Below, one piece after another: positions 9,784 to 19,171 of a stretch of 64,000 nt of DNA. Source of the stretch: Candidatus Bathyarchaeota archaeon (GTDB taxonomy: Archaea > Thermoproteota > Bathyarchaeia > TCS64); NCBI GenBank assembly GCA_963771885.1, contig CAVYVF010000023.1, positions 800,001 through 864,000 of the forward strand, written 5' to 3'. The translations under genes were made by a program, and so were the position numbers. The notes below the pieces were generated by a model. It did not search any database and was not told the origin of the DNA. It saw only the letters and a program-made list of their open reading frames with translations. Numbering within the stretch: position 1 is the stretch's first letter; each line of letters opens with the position of its first letter.

Positions 9784-10653
9784 TCAGCCGACGAATAGGC
9801 GACTCATATGCGTCCTCTTGGCCAATTCCTCCATCTCGTCGTCACCCGGCTTGGGGAGATTGAGGCTTGCCGCTTCAAGCACCCTGGGAAGCAGCCTAAC
9901 GTCTCCCGTGGTGTTCAGGAATATAGTGCCCTGCCCAAGTATCCACGAAACGGCCTTGTTGATGTCGAATTGATCCTCGAAGGGCTCATACCACGTCTTC
10001 GCCGTGTGGGTCTTCTCCCCCCAAGGGCCCTTGGTGAGGGACTTTATCGTCTGAACTGCTACGCCCCTGTCCCTGCACATCGCGAGGAGCTCCCCGAACT
10101 CCCTCCGGTACTTCTCGTCGCGGTGCAACACCCAGTTCCAGGGGAGGAGGACCGAGTCGAAGTCGTACCTGCCGAGGCTCCTCATATGCATGGCTGGGGC
10201 GAATAGACCGTGCCCCGTGACGCCTATGAAGCGTGTGAGGCCCTGCTCCTTCGCCTCAGTGAGCGCGTTCAAAGCCCCATGTTCACCCATCGCCGTCTCC
10301 CACTCGGAGGGGTGTGTGAGGTTGTGGAGCTGAATCAGGTCCACGCTCTTCACCCTGAGGCGCTCTAGCGACCTCTCGAACTCCGACTTCGCCTCGACGT
10401 AGGTCCGCATACCCGTCTTCGTGGCGAGGAAGAAGTCCCCCCTCCTCCTCTCCATCCACGGCCCTATGCGCAGCTCCGCGTCTCCATAACTCGCTGCCAC
10501 GTCGATGTGGTTCACTCCGTGCCTATCGAGTACCTTGAGGGTCTCATCAGCGATCTCCTGTGTGACGTCGCCAAGTGCGGCGGCGCCGAAGAGCGTGGCG
10601 CTGCTCTGATGCCCCGTCATTCCGAACGGCTGCCTTCTAATCATGACAATCAA
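9784..10653 (-). CDS. Aldo/keto reductase
   Basis: [37 protein letters not shown]. Confidence 0.9.
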   Translation of the reverse strand: MIVMIRRQPFGMTGHQSSATLFGAAALGDVTQEIADETLKVLDRHGVNHIDVAASYGDAELRIGPWMERRRGDFFLATKTGMRTYVEAKSEFERSLERLRVKSVDLIQLHNLTHPSEWETAMGEHGALNALTEAKEQGLTRFIGVTGHGLFAPAMHMRSLGRYDFDSVLLPWNWVLHRDEKYRREFGELLAMCRDRGVAVQTIKSLTKGPWGEKTHTAKTWYEPFEDQFDINKAVSWILGQGTIFLNTTGDVRLLPRVLEAASLNLPKPGDDEMEELAKRTHMSRLFVG

Positions 10654-10749
10654 TGAACGAATCAGTAGGCCGGTTTAAATAATCCACGCCCCCACCGCCG
10701 AAAGGGTTAAGCAAAAAGGGCGCAACATGAGACCAAACCGGGGACCTGA

Positions 10750-11397
10750 ATGGAGTTCTTCATCGACACCGCCGACGTCGCCATGATCAAGAAGTACTAC
10801 AGCATAGGCGTCGTAGACGGGGTGACAACAAATCCGACACTCATCGCCAAGAGTGGGCGCAAGTTCGAGGACGTGGTCAAAGAGATCGCCGAGGTCGTCA
10901 AAGGCCCGATAAGCGTCGAGGCCTGCAGCAACGCCTGCGACGACCTCGTCGCCGAGTCGAAGAAGATCGCTGCCTACGGGGAGAACATCGTCGTCAAGAT
11001 ACCGATGACAGCAGAGGGGCTCAAGGCGGTCAGGATACTCGACAAACTCGACATAAAGACGAACGTGACCCTCGTCTTCAGCGCCAACCAGGCTCTCCTA
11101 GCCGCCAAAGCTGGGGCGACATACGTCAGCGTCTTCGTGGGGCGCCTCGACGACAGGGGGCAGGACGGCATGGAGGTCATACAGGAGGTCATGGACATTC
11201 TCGACAACTACGACATGCCGAGCAAGCTCATCGTCGCTAGCATAAGGCACCCTCGCCACGTCACTGACTCCGCACGCATGGGTGCACACGTCGCCACCAT
11301 CCCCCCGGACATCATCGAGAAGATGCTCAGCCACCCCCTCACTGACGACGGGCTCCGCATCTTCGCCAAGGACTGGGAGAAGGTACAGAAAGCCTAG
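10750..11397 (+). CDS. tal: Transaldolase (TalC/FSA family; Glu/Phe signature of true transaldolase)
   Basis: FIDTAD, GVTTNPTL, ISVE, VVKIP, NVTLVFS, VFVGRLDD. Confidence 0.9.
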   Translation: MEFFIDTADVAMIKKYYSIGVVDGVTTNPTLIAKSGRKFEDVVKEIAEVVKGPISVEACSNACDDLVAESKKIAAYGENIVVKIPMTAEGLKAVRILDKLDIKTNVTLVFSANQALLAAKAGATYVSVFVGRLDDRGQDGMEVIQEVMDILDNYDMPSKLIVASIRHPRHVTDSARMGAHVATIPPDIIEKMLSHPLTDDGLRIFAKDWEKVQKA

Positions 11398-11445
11398 ATT
11401 CGTAAACTGTTTAAGCCGCGCACCCGCAGAGGAGACGAGCCAGAG

Positions 11446-12543
11446 ATGAGGGCACGCACCGCTGCGCCGCTTCTAATCGCACTTCTACTCCTCGTACAGG
11501 TGGCACCGGCACAGGCCGCGACCTCCACCTACAAGTACACGGAGACCTACACCTTCGAGAACAGGGGCACCGCCCCCGCGACACTCATGCAAGACGACAT
11601 CGCCGTACCCCTCTTCCTCAGCAACGAGTTCCAGACCATCACGATCACGTCAAGCAGCCCGAGCCTCGGCGCGCCGTACGCGGACGAGGACGGCAACATG
11701 CTCTCAGACCCGAATACCAGCCTGACCATACCCCCCGGGGGAGAGGTCGTCATCACCGTCACGTACCAGATCGTATCATCTGACGTCTCCGTCCCCGCCC
11801 TCAGCCTCTCATCAGCGGGAGTCGCAGGCGACATCCCCACTGGTCTCGTCTCCAATTACACGGGCACAACCAGCACGTTCTGGGCGGACGACCCCGAAAT
11901 CGCGGACCTTGCCCGCAGCCTAACAGCAAACGAGCCGACTGTCCTCGCAAAAGTGGCGCGCCTAGTCCGCTGGTTCCACGCAAACGTCACCTACCAAAAC
12001 CACGAGATACCCCTCATGCCCGACCAAACCCTAACCCAACTAGAAGGCGACTGCGATGACCAGTCCATCCTCCTCATCAGCATGCTAAGAAGCCTCGGCA
12101 TACCCGCCTACCTCGAGATAGGCATCGTCTTCAACTCGGGGATAAGCGGGGAGGACACCTATTGGGACGGCCACCTCAGCATCAAGGAGACTGGGCTCGC
12201 GTGGCACGGCTGGGCGATGGTCTACACGCCACCCTGGGGCTGGATACCCGTCGACCTCACCCTCGTCAGCGACAACGACCCCCTCCAGATGATCAAGAAG
12301 GCCCCCCAGTACACGGCTCCCGTCGTCACCGCGATGAATATATCCGAACAGACCTACACCACCGCGGGCGAGGAAACCAGGCAGAGGATAATCGATTCCA
12401 CCATCTACATCTCCTCCGTCGAGACCGCTGAAGGCATGCAGGCGGGATGGATCAACCAGACCATGATACTCCTCGCCGTCGGCATCTCCGCTGCTGTCGC
12501 CATCATGTTCTACGTGTCCCGGCGCAGGCAACAGCCAATATAA
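11446..12543 (+). CDS. Secreted transglutaminase-like domain protein with C-terminal membrane anchor
   Basis: Signal peptide (AQA), GDCDD Cys, HGW His, W..VD Asp triad; TM helix followed by RRR. Confidence 0.85.
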   Translation: MRARTAAPLLIALLLLVQVAPAQAATSTYKYTETYTFENRGTAPATLMQDDIAVPLFLSNEFQTITITSSSPSLGAPYADEDGNMLSDPNTSLTIPPGGEVVITVTYQIVSSDVSVPALSLSSAGVAGDIPTGLVSNYTGTTSTFWADDPEIADLARSLTANEPTVLAKVARLVRWFHANVTYQNHEIPLMPDQTLTQLEGDCDDQSILLISMLRSLGIPAYLEIGIVFNSGISGEDTYWDGHLSIKETGLAWHGWAMVYTPPWGWIPVDLTLVSDNDPLQMIKKAPQYTAPVVTAMNISEQTYTTAGEETRQRIIDSTIYISSVETAEGMQAGWINQTMILLAVGISAAVAIMFYVSRRRQQPI

Positions 12544-12575
12544 ACCCGCATAACCAACCCTCACACGGTGAAGCT

Positions 12576-13097
12576 TTGGAGATACCCGAGGCCATACTGA
12601 AGAGAAAGAGCATACGCGCCTACGCCCCGAAGGGGCTCACAGATGAGGAGATCGAGACACTCATCAAGGCAGCCATAAGCGCCCCCAGCGCCGGCAACAT
12701 GCAGCCCTGGGGCTTCGTCGCCGTCAGAGATAGAGATGTGAAGGAGAAGCTCGTCGAGGCGTCTCACGGCCAGTCATTCATAGCAACGGCGCCGGTTATC
12801 ATTATCGTCTGCACGGAGGCGGCGAAGACGACGCCTCGCTACAAGGAACGGGGGGAGATGCTGTATTGTCTACAGGACACGGCAGCCGCCGTTGAGAACA
12901 TCATGATCACCGCGACAGCTAACGGGCTCGGCACATGCTGGATCGGCGCCTTCGACGAGGGAATGGCCGCCGAGGCGGTCGGGCTTCCAGCTGGCATACG
13001 CCCGGTTGCCCTGATACCCGTCGGCTACCCCGCCCAGGACCCTACACCGAGACCCCGCCGCCCCGTCTCCGAGGTCCTCCACCAAGACCACTGGTGA
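12576..13097 (+). CDS. Nitroreductase family protein
   Basis: RKSIRAY, APSAGNMQPW, GLGTCWIGAF, PVGYP. Confidence 0.92.
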   Translation: MEIPEAILKRKSIRAYAPKGLTDEEIETLIKAAISAPSAGNMQPWGFVAVRDRDVKEKLVEASHGQSFIATAPVIIIVCTEAAKTTPRYKERGEMLYCLQDTAAAVENIMITATANGLGTCWIGAFDEGMAAEAVGLPAGIRPVALIPVGYPAQDPTPRPRRPVSEVLHQDHW

Positions 13098-13145
13098 CTC
13101 CAACCCTTTTTATCGCCCCTGAGCCACCCTAGAAACCGAACAACC

Positions 13146-13913
13146 ATGCCTCAGAGATTCAGGTTCCTCGACCTAAAGGTCAACGACGCCTACACGAACA
13201 TGGCGGTGGATGAGGCTATAACAAAGGCGAGGGGAGAGGGAAAGGTTCCCGACACCCTCAGATTCTATATGTGGAAGCCGAGCGCCGTAACCCTCGGCTA
13301 CTTCCAGAGCGTCGAGGACGAGGTCAACCTCGAGGCACTCAGCCGCTTCGGCTTCAACTTGAACAGGCGCATAAGCGGGGGCGGGGCCGTCCTGAACAGC
13401 GAAACGGGGGAGATAACTTACAGCGTCATACTCAAGGAGGACGACCCACGAGTCAGCACGGACCCCGTCGAGTCCTACCACCTCCTCTGCCAGGGAATAA
13501 TCGAAGCCCTCGACGTCCTCGGCATAAAAGCCGACTTCAAGCCCATCAACGACATCGTCGTGGCTGGCAAAAAGATCAGCGGCAACGCACAGATCAGGCG
13601 CTACGGCGCCGTACTTCACCACGGCACCCTCCTCGTCGACTTCGACGCCAAACAGATGTTCGGCGTGTTGAAAATATCGAAGGAAAAACTCAGCGACAAG
13701 ATGATACAGCAAGCGGAGGAGCGCGTCACGACGATACGCCGCCTCCTCGGGCGCCAGATAGGCTTCGCAGAAGTCCGCGACGCCCTCGAGAAGGGATACA
13801 AGAAGGCACTTAACGCCGAGCTCGTAAAGAGCGAACTGACGCCCTACGAGCAGGAGTTAGTAAAGCAGTTCAGGGAACGCTACGCGAGTAGGGCGTGGAT
13901 TTACAGGAGGTAA
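13146..13913 (+). CDS. lplA: Lipoate-protein ligase A, catalytic subunit
   Basis: NMAVDEA, LGYFQS, RRISGGGAV, NDI, KKISGNAQ, HHGT. Confidence 0.92.
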   Translation: MPQRFRFLDLKVNDAYTNMAVDEAITKARGEGKVPDTLRFYMWKPSAVTLGYFQSVEDEVNLEALSRFGFNLNRRISGGGAVLNSETGEITYSVILKEDDPRVSTDPVESYHLLCQGIIEALDVLGIKADFKPINDIVVAGKKISGNAQIRRYGAVLHHGTLLVDFDAKQMFGVLKISKEKLSDKMIQQAEERVTTIRRLLGRQIGFAEVRDALEKGYKKALNAELVKSELTPYEQELVKQFRERYASRAWIYRR

Positions 13914-13918
13914 CCAAC

Positions 13919-14197
13919 ATGAAGAGATTCGAATTCAAAGTACCCGGCGGCAAGCTCCTCCGTGCCAAACTAGAGATCGTGAACGGTAGAATCACTTCCA
14001 TCCAGCTCAGCGGCGACTTCTTCATGGAGCCCGAGACTGACCTAGAGGAGCTGGAGACCAAGCTCACCGGCTTCAAGGCGGAGCCCCTCTACATCGAGCA
14101 GACAGTAGTGAGCTTCTTCACGAGCCACAAGACGGTTATGACCGGCGCACGCCCCAAGGACTTCGCCTACGTGATCAACCAAGCCATAAAAGCCTAA
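13919..14197 (+). CDS. Lipoate-protein ligase accessory (C-terminal domain) subunit
   Basis: KVPGGKLL, SGDFFMEPE; GGAGGT SD; directly follows lplA. Confidence 0.85.
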   Translation: MKRFEFKVPGGKLLRAKLEIVNGRITSIQLSGDFFMEPETDLEELETKLTGFKAEPLYIEQTVVSFFTSHKTVMTGARPKDFAYVINQAIKA

Positions 14198-14316
14198 AAA
14201 ATAGGCTTATTTTCCTTGTAACCCATTATTATCATTTTATTTCCGAAATAATCCAAAGAAAAAATATTTTCAGACGAAAAGAGAACGTTTTTAACGCCTC
14301 CTCCCTCACATTAATA

Positions 14317-14495
14317 CGTGATTCTGGAGCCACCCGACCACCGGTTAGACGAACCGTAGACGGGCGGAGAAGGAACATCCACGATCTAATTCGGGTCAAA
14401 GACCGACCCAACATCATAGTATAACGCGACGACTTCGACGAGGCCCCGACAGGGCACAAAATCATCGACATAAAGCAAAGGGAGGTGAAAAACAA
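14317..14495 (+). promoter_or_regulatory. Putative structured 5' leader of eS30 mRNA (or separate sRNA)
   Basis: TTTTTAAC at 14288-14295; nested stems CGTG/CACG, CCCG/CGGG, CGGTT/AACCG; hairpins GGGTC/GACCC and GCCC/GGGC; SD GGAGGTGA at 14481-14488. Confidence 0.45.
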
Positions 14496-14675
14496 ATACC
14501 GACACACGGTTCGCTGACGAAGGCGGGAAAGGTGAGGGCACAGACGCCAAAGCTCGAGAAGTCCACCCTCAAAGTGGGTCACGGCTCAAGCCTGAAGGTG
14601 CGCAGCCACTACACGACACGCGTGATGCACCCAAAGCCCACAGATCGCAACGGCAGACCACAGAAGAGGTTCTAG
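14496..14675 (+). CDS. rps30e: 30S ribosomal protein S30e (eS30), ATA start; absent from the ORF track
   Basis: ATA then PTHGSLTKAGKVRAQTPKLE..., 59 aa to TAG; HGSLTKAGKVR.QTPK is the eS30 signature. Confidence 0.92.
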   Translation: MPTHGSLTKAGKVRAQTPKLEKSTLKVGHGSSLKVRSHYTTRVMHPKPTDRNGRPQKRF

Positions 14676-14690
14676 CCTCTCCTCTGGTTT

Positions 14691-15815
14691 TTATTTTCTG
14701 AAATCGGGGATAGGCGGGACGCAGCGCCTAAGCCTAGTGAAGGCCCGCGTCTTCTCCTCATCCCTTACCTTCGAGGATGATATCCCATTTTTCAACACCT
14801 CGACGGCCTCATCCATGGCACACCTATCGACCGGGAACGGTACACCATCCTTGCCACCGAATGCGAAGTTGAAACGGACCGGGTCCTCCCAACTCGCCCT
14901 GTCACCGTAAATGAGCTCGGCGACGAGGCTAAGCCCCCTGACGGTCGATGGTCCAACGCCCCTGAAGGCGACCAGCTCCTCATATCCCCGTGGCTGGAAC
15001 TCATAGACGTTGCGTAGCGTGTCCCAGTTGACGTTCCGGGGCATGACGAGTTGCTCCTCCTCAGGTTTCCCCGTCCACGAGTCGAGACGCCTCTGCTTCG
15101 CGGGCACTGGAGCTAGAATGCTCCTTCGGAGCCTCTCAGGGTTCTCCTTAACGAGGTCGACGCAGGCCTTCCGGTTCTCCTCGCTGGCGGAGTTAGTCAT
15201 GTTGAGGACGTGGGGGAGGCGCGTGTCACATAGTATTGCACCCTGCGGCTCCTCGATGAACCCGTTATGCTCAAGCGGCCAGTGGTAGCGGCGTGCGTCT
15301 CCTCTCTTCTCGTTGATGCCTTGCTGGATCACAATCCACTCCCCCTTCTCGTCGAAGAGGAAGCAGTGGTGATAAAGTTGGTACCCATCCTGGACGAGGC
15401 TGTTGTCCACCTTCGCCGCCATACGGCTGCTGTAGGCGAGTTCATCGATCATATTCTCTGAGAGGTTGAACGCCTCCCCCCTATCCCTGATCTCGGTGGG
15501 GGTCTTGAGTGAGGTCTTGCCCTTGCCTCCGCAGATGGCGAGCCCAGTCTCTTCTGGGTCGATCGCCTCCTTGAGGGCGCCGCAGGTAACCGTCGTCGTC
15601 CCGCTGCTGTGCCAGTCATATCCTAGGACGCAGCTCAGGCTCTGGAAGAACCACGGGTCGCTGAGGCGCGCCATAAAGCCATCGCGCCCGTACTCGTCGA
15701 TCACGATTCCCGTGATGCAGCGCGCGAGCTCGACCATCCTGCCGAATAGCCACCGAGGCGCCTTGCCGGGGTGCAGGGGCAGCAGAGCCGTCGCGTGGGC
15801 GCACATCGGCACCAA
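14691..15815 (-). CDS. DUF763 family protein
   Basis: LPLHPGKAPRWLF, LGYDWHSSGTTT, AKVDNSLVQDGYQLYHH, FAFGGKDGVPFPVD. Confidence 0.92.
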   Translation of the reverse strand: MVPMCAHATALLPLHPGKAPRWLFGRMVELARCITGIVIDEYGRDGFMARLSDPWFFQSLSCVLGYDWHSSGTTTVTCGALKEAIDPEETGLAICGGKGKTSLKTPTEIRDRGEAFNLSENMIDELAYSSRMAAKVDNSLVQDGYQLYHHCFLFDEKGEWIVIQQGINEKRGDARRYHWPLEHNGFIEEPQGAILCDTRLPHVLNMTNSASEENRKACVDLVKENPERLRRSILAPVPAKQRRLDSWTGKPEEEQLVMPRNVNWDTLRNVYEFQPRGYEELVAFRGVGPSTVRGLSLVAELIYGDRASWEDPVRFNFAFGGKDGVPFPVDRCAMDEAVEVLKNGISSSKVRDEEKTRAFTRLRRCVPPIPDFRK

Positions 15816-15880
15816 GCTAGCCGAGGCGTGGTTAAAACCGTGAGCTACTTCGCGTGGGTGGGGAGGCGCGTGAAAGTGTG

Positions 15881-16495
15881 CTAGAGGTTCCCCGCCACGT
15901 CCTCGGCGACCACCTCGAGGCCCCTAGCTATTAGGTCGAGGCTCATATGAGGCTCTTTTTTGTCGAGAACCTGCTCAGGGAGCTTGGGGACGTGAATAAA
16001 TCCTGCAGGAATATTAAGTCGTTCCCTGGCGACGTAGTCCATCAGGTGGTAGAAAATCTGGTTGCATCCGAAGGCGCCAGCTGAATTGGATATCTCCGCT
16101 GGTACTCCAGCGGCGCGCACCTTGTCAAGCAGCCTCCTTATAGGAAGCCCCGTTAAGTAGGCGACGAGACCACCCTCCACGAGCACAGCGTCACGAGGCT
16201 TCTCGCCGCAGTTATAGGCGACCCTATTCGTGTCCGCGACGTTTACGGCGATGCGCTCAAGGTTGAGCCATGAGCCCCCACCCTGCCCCGTAGAGATGAT
16301 TGCTGCGGGTTTATGCCTCTTGATATGCCTCTCCAGTGTCCCCCGTATCTCGGCGAACCTGAGCGGAATCTCTTCCACCCTCACCGTGTACCCATTGTAC
16401 TTTCTCCCGTCGACTTTCTTACAGGCGAGTATGGATGGGTTGACCTTCTCGCCACCGAAGGGTTCGAACCCAGTAAGAAGAATGACCTTTGGCAA
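15881..16495 (-). CDS. pcp: Pyroglutamyl-peptidase I
   Basis: LLTGFEPFGGEKVNPS, ERIAVN, SNSAGAFGCN, GFIHVP. Confidence 0.95.
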   Translation of the reverse strand: MPKVILLTGFEPFGGEKVNPSILACKKVDGRKYNGYTVRVEEIPLRFAEIRGTLERHIKRHKPAAIISTGQGGGSWLNLERIAVNVADTNRVAYNCGEKPRDAVLVEGGLVAYLTGLPIRRLLDKVRAAGVPAEISNSAGAFGCNQIFYHLMDYVARERLNIPAGFIHVPKLPEQVLDKKEPHMSLDLIARGLEVVAEDVAGNL

Positions 16496-16534
16496 CGTGT
16501 ATCGTTTGAATCTGACGCATCGACTATTTGGGGC

Positions 16535-17011
16535 TTAGCCGATGAGGCGCCCGTACCTATCGACTTCCTGCCTGCGGACGCGGGTGCTGCTTATCGGCTT
16601 ACCATCATCTGCGAGGACCATCTTCATGACGAAGATGAGCAAAGGCCTGTCACCCTTCTTCACCCTGATTTGATTGATAGCCTCAGCACCTTTCTCCGTC
16701 TCCTCGCTAACGAGAATGCCCTCTATGCCACCGTCTTTAATGGAGGGACCATATGGGTCGTCGAGCGGGAAGAAGGTCGCCCTCTCGAGGAGCCCCTTCT
16801 CGCAAAGATACTTTTCTACCTCGGCTAAGCGGACATCGTATGAGTCGATATCGTGCGGCTTCTTCATCGCAGCGGCGAAGCGGTCCGTCGTTATGCCTAT
16901 GACGACCCTATCGGCGATGTTGAATGCCTCCTCGAGAAGGAACCAGTGTCCCTTATGCATGACATCGAAAGTGCCCGCGACGGTTACCGTCTTGAGCCGT
17001 TGTTCCGCCAT
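16535..17011 (-). CDS. coaD: Archaeal phosphopantetheine adenylyltransferase
   Basis: GTFDVMHKGH, DPYGP, VSEET, ISSTRVR. Confidence 0.9.
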   Translation of the reverse strand: MAEQRLKTVTVAGTFDVMHKGHWFLLEEAFNIADRVVIGITTDRFAAAMKKPHDIDSYDVRLAEVEKYLCEKGLLERATFFPLDDPYGPSIKDGGIEGILVSEETEKGAEAINQIRVKKGDRPLLIFVMKMVLADDGKPISSTRVRRQEVDRYGRLIG

Positions 17012-17076
17012 GACAGGGTCCTCTGGAACTCTCTTATCCGAAACGTCATAGAAATTAAAGTTGTTGGGTGATTATG

Positions 17077-18639
17077 CTAGACGATGCCATACCTCATCGC
17101 GAGGAACCACTTGATCAGGGGCAGCCCGATGGCAATCAGAATCGCGAAGCGTATCACGTCCGCTATCATGCCGACCTTGATCATGTCCTTCATCTTGACG
17201 TACCCCGAGCTGTAAGCGATCGCCATCGCAGGCGTAGTGCTTGGCAGGGTACTTGGAATGGTCGTCGCGATAGCCGTGCCGATTATAGGCGCGATGGGGT
17301 TGATCCCCGCCGCGACGGAGAGGGACAGCGCCAGCGGGCAGGCTACCGAGGCGGCTCCCGTGTTCGACGCCGGGTAGCTCAGCAGGAAACCTATGAGGGC
17401 GCAGGCGCCGAAGATCACGAACTCGTTAGGAGAGTTGCCCATGAAGCCCTTGAAGATGATGCCCACCCAGTTGCTGAAGCCGCTCCTCATCAGGCCGAGG
17501 CCGAGGGTTATGCCCCCACCTACTAGGAAGACTATGTCCCAGTTGATCGACTCCTGAAGCAACTCGTCCCACTTTAGCAGGGGCCTGTCCCCCGCCCTTA
17601 GAAGCGGGAAGAGGAACATGGCGAGGACGGCCGGAGCCGCCTCGGGCATGACCTTGGCTAGAAGTTGGCTGAGAGGCTGGAGGCCCGCGTTGTCAACGGC
17701 GAAGTTGGCGACCATGCCGGGGATTATCCAGAGGAGGAGCGTGAAGAGCAGCATGCCAATCGTCATCTTCTCCCCCCTCGTGATGGGGCCAAGGTCGCTC
17801 AGCTCCTTCTTCAGCGTCGAGGCGTCGAATGGGAGAGTCTTCACCTCGGGCTTGATGACCCTGTAGACGATGACCCAGGTGAGGAACAGGCCGATTATGG
17901 CGTGGATAGTGCCAATGTAGAACCAGTCGACGAAGGTGATGTTGACGCCCGTCGCCTCGAGGACGGTCTTCTTCCCGATAAGGTTGGTTGTCGTGCTAGT
18001 CAGGAAGAGCAGGCTGCCCGCGGTCGCAGCCTGTCCGAGGGCGAGCATCGTCGCGGAGCCATAAGCACTCCCCTGCTTGAAGCCCTGCCTGAGGAGGAAG
18101 GCGATGACGAAGCCGTAGACGATACTCGTAGCGGCGGTCATCGAACCGGTCATGGTAAGGAGAAAGACGGGGAGGCAGGCTACGAAGAAGGCGGCGATGG
18201 CGGGGTTTCGAGTCTTTGTGAGGCTCGCCAGCGTAAGGGCGACCCTCTTGTCGAGTCCCCAGACCTGGAACGACTTTGCGAAGACGAAGCCTGAGATTAT
18301 GACCCAGATGAGTGGGTCCATGAAGGGGGCAAGTGCCTCCTTCCATAGCATTAGTCCGACGATGCCGAAGAGTATCGGCGGAACGAGGGCAGCGAGTCCA
18401 AGTGCCGTCGTCTCAAAGACCCACCAGGTGGCGGTCCAGAGCAGGACACCGAGACCGTACTTCGGCCCCTCCATGAGGCCGATACCCGCGGCATTGGCGG
18501 CCTCCGTCATCGCCACGTCATTTGGTATGAGGAGACAGATGATGAAGAGCAGGGGTCCCAGGTAGAGGCTTATCCTCTTCATGGGCCATTTAGATGCGTT
18601 TTCCTTGCCAGCGTTCGAGCCCAAGCTGACTACCTTCAA
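17077..18639 (-). CDS. SLC13/DASS family anion (carboxylate) transporter
   Basis: Many TM helices; WWVFE, INWDIVFLVGGGITLG, SNT, LPSTTPAMAIAY. Confidence 0.85.
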   Translation of the reverse strand: MKVVSLGSNAGKENASKWPMKRISLYLGPLLFIICLLIPNDVAMTEAANAAGIGLMEGPKYGLGVLLWTATWWVFETTALGLAALVPPILFGIVGLMLWKEALAPFMDPLIWVIISGFVFAKSFQVWGLDKRVALTLASLTKTRNPAIAAFFVACLPVFLLTMTGSMTAATSIVYGFVIAFLLRQGFKQGSAYGSATMLALGQAATAGSLLFLTSTTTNLIGKKTVLEATGVNITFVDWFYIGTIHAIIGLFLTWVIVYRVIKPEVKTLPFDASTLKKELSDLGPITRGEKMTIGMLLFTLLLWIIPGMVANFAVDNAGLQPLSQLLAKVMPEAAPAVLAMFLFPLLRAGDRPLLKWDELLQESINWDIVFLVGGGITLGLGLMRSGFSNWVGIIFKGFMGNSPNEFVIFGACALIGFLLSYPASNTGAASVACPLALSLSVAAGINPIAPIIGTAIATTIPSTLPSTTPAMAIAYSSGYVKMKDMIKVGMIADVIRFAILIAIGLPLIKWFLAMRYGIV

Positions 18640-18687
18640 AATGAGCCCGACAGCTACAAGAAAAAGATATCTCTCAGCTGTTCGCCG

Positions 18688-19074
18688 TCACTTGTAGTTG
18701 CCGAAGTTTGCGTGTGCAATGCGCCAGCCATCGCAGGTCTGCTCATAGACGAGCGTGACGGGGCCCTTCTGGGGAGTCTCGGACGTCGGGCGCTTGAAGA
18801 ACCAGACCGCGCAGACCACCGCATTGTCGTCAAAGTCCTCCACGTCGACGCCCTCAAGCCACAGCTTGTTCGCCGCCTTCTTTCCGCCCTTTACGAAGCC
18901 GAATCCCTCGTGGTGCTTCACCAGAGCCTCGTAGCCCTTGATCACGCCCTGCTTCTCCGAGGAAAAGTATGTAACGCGGTCGTCTCTGAGGAAAAGCCTT
19001 TCAACCTCGTCGAGGTCGTAGGTGTTCCAGAACTTGACCCAGTCGTCGATTATCTTGGGGTTGAACTTTACCAT
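18688..19074 (-). CDS. NTF2/SnoaL-like protein
   Basis: WVKFWNTYDL...GPVTLVY...GWRIAHANF; start corrected to MVKFNP. Confidence 0.75.
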   Translation of the reverse strand: MVKFNPKIIDDWVKFWNTYDLDEVERLFLRDDRVTYFSSEKQGVIKGYEALVKHHEGFGFVKGGKKAANKLWLEGVDVEDFDDNAVVCAVWFFKRPTSETPQKGPVTLVYEQTCDGWRIAHANFGNYK

Positions 19075-19171
19075 GTATTCTCGTTGCGCCACGCGTTGAA
19101 GGGGTTTATGGTCGGAAGTATTTCTCCTCAATACAAGGTATTTTCTAGCCCTCGGGACACATGAAATGTGA

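Noticed and set aside
14545..14680. RNase P RNA-like words (GAGAAGTCCACCC ... ACAGAAG)
   Set aside because: The P4 helix halves are not complementary, and the region is explained by the eS30 coding sequence
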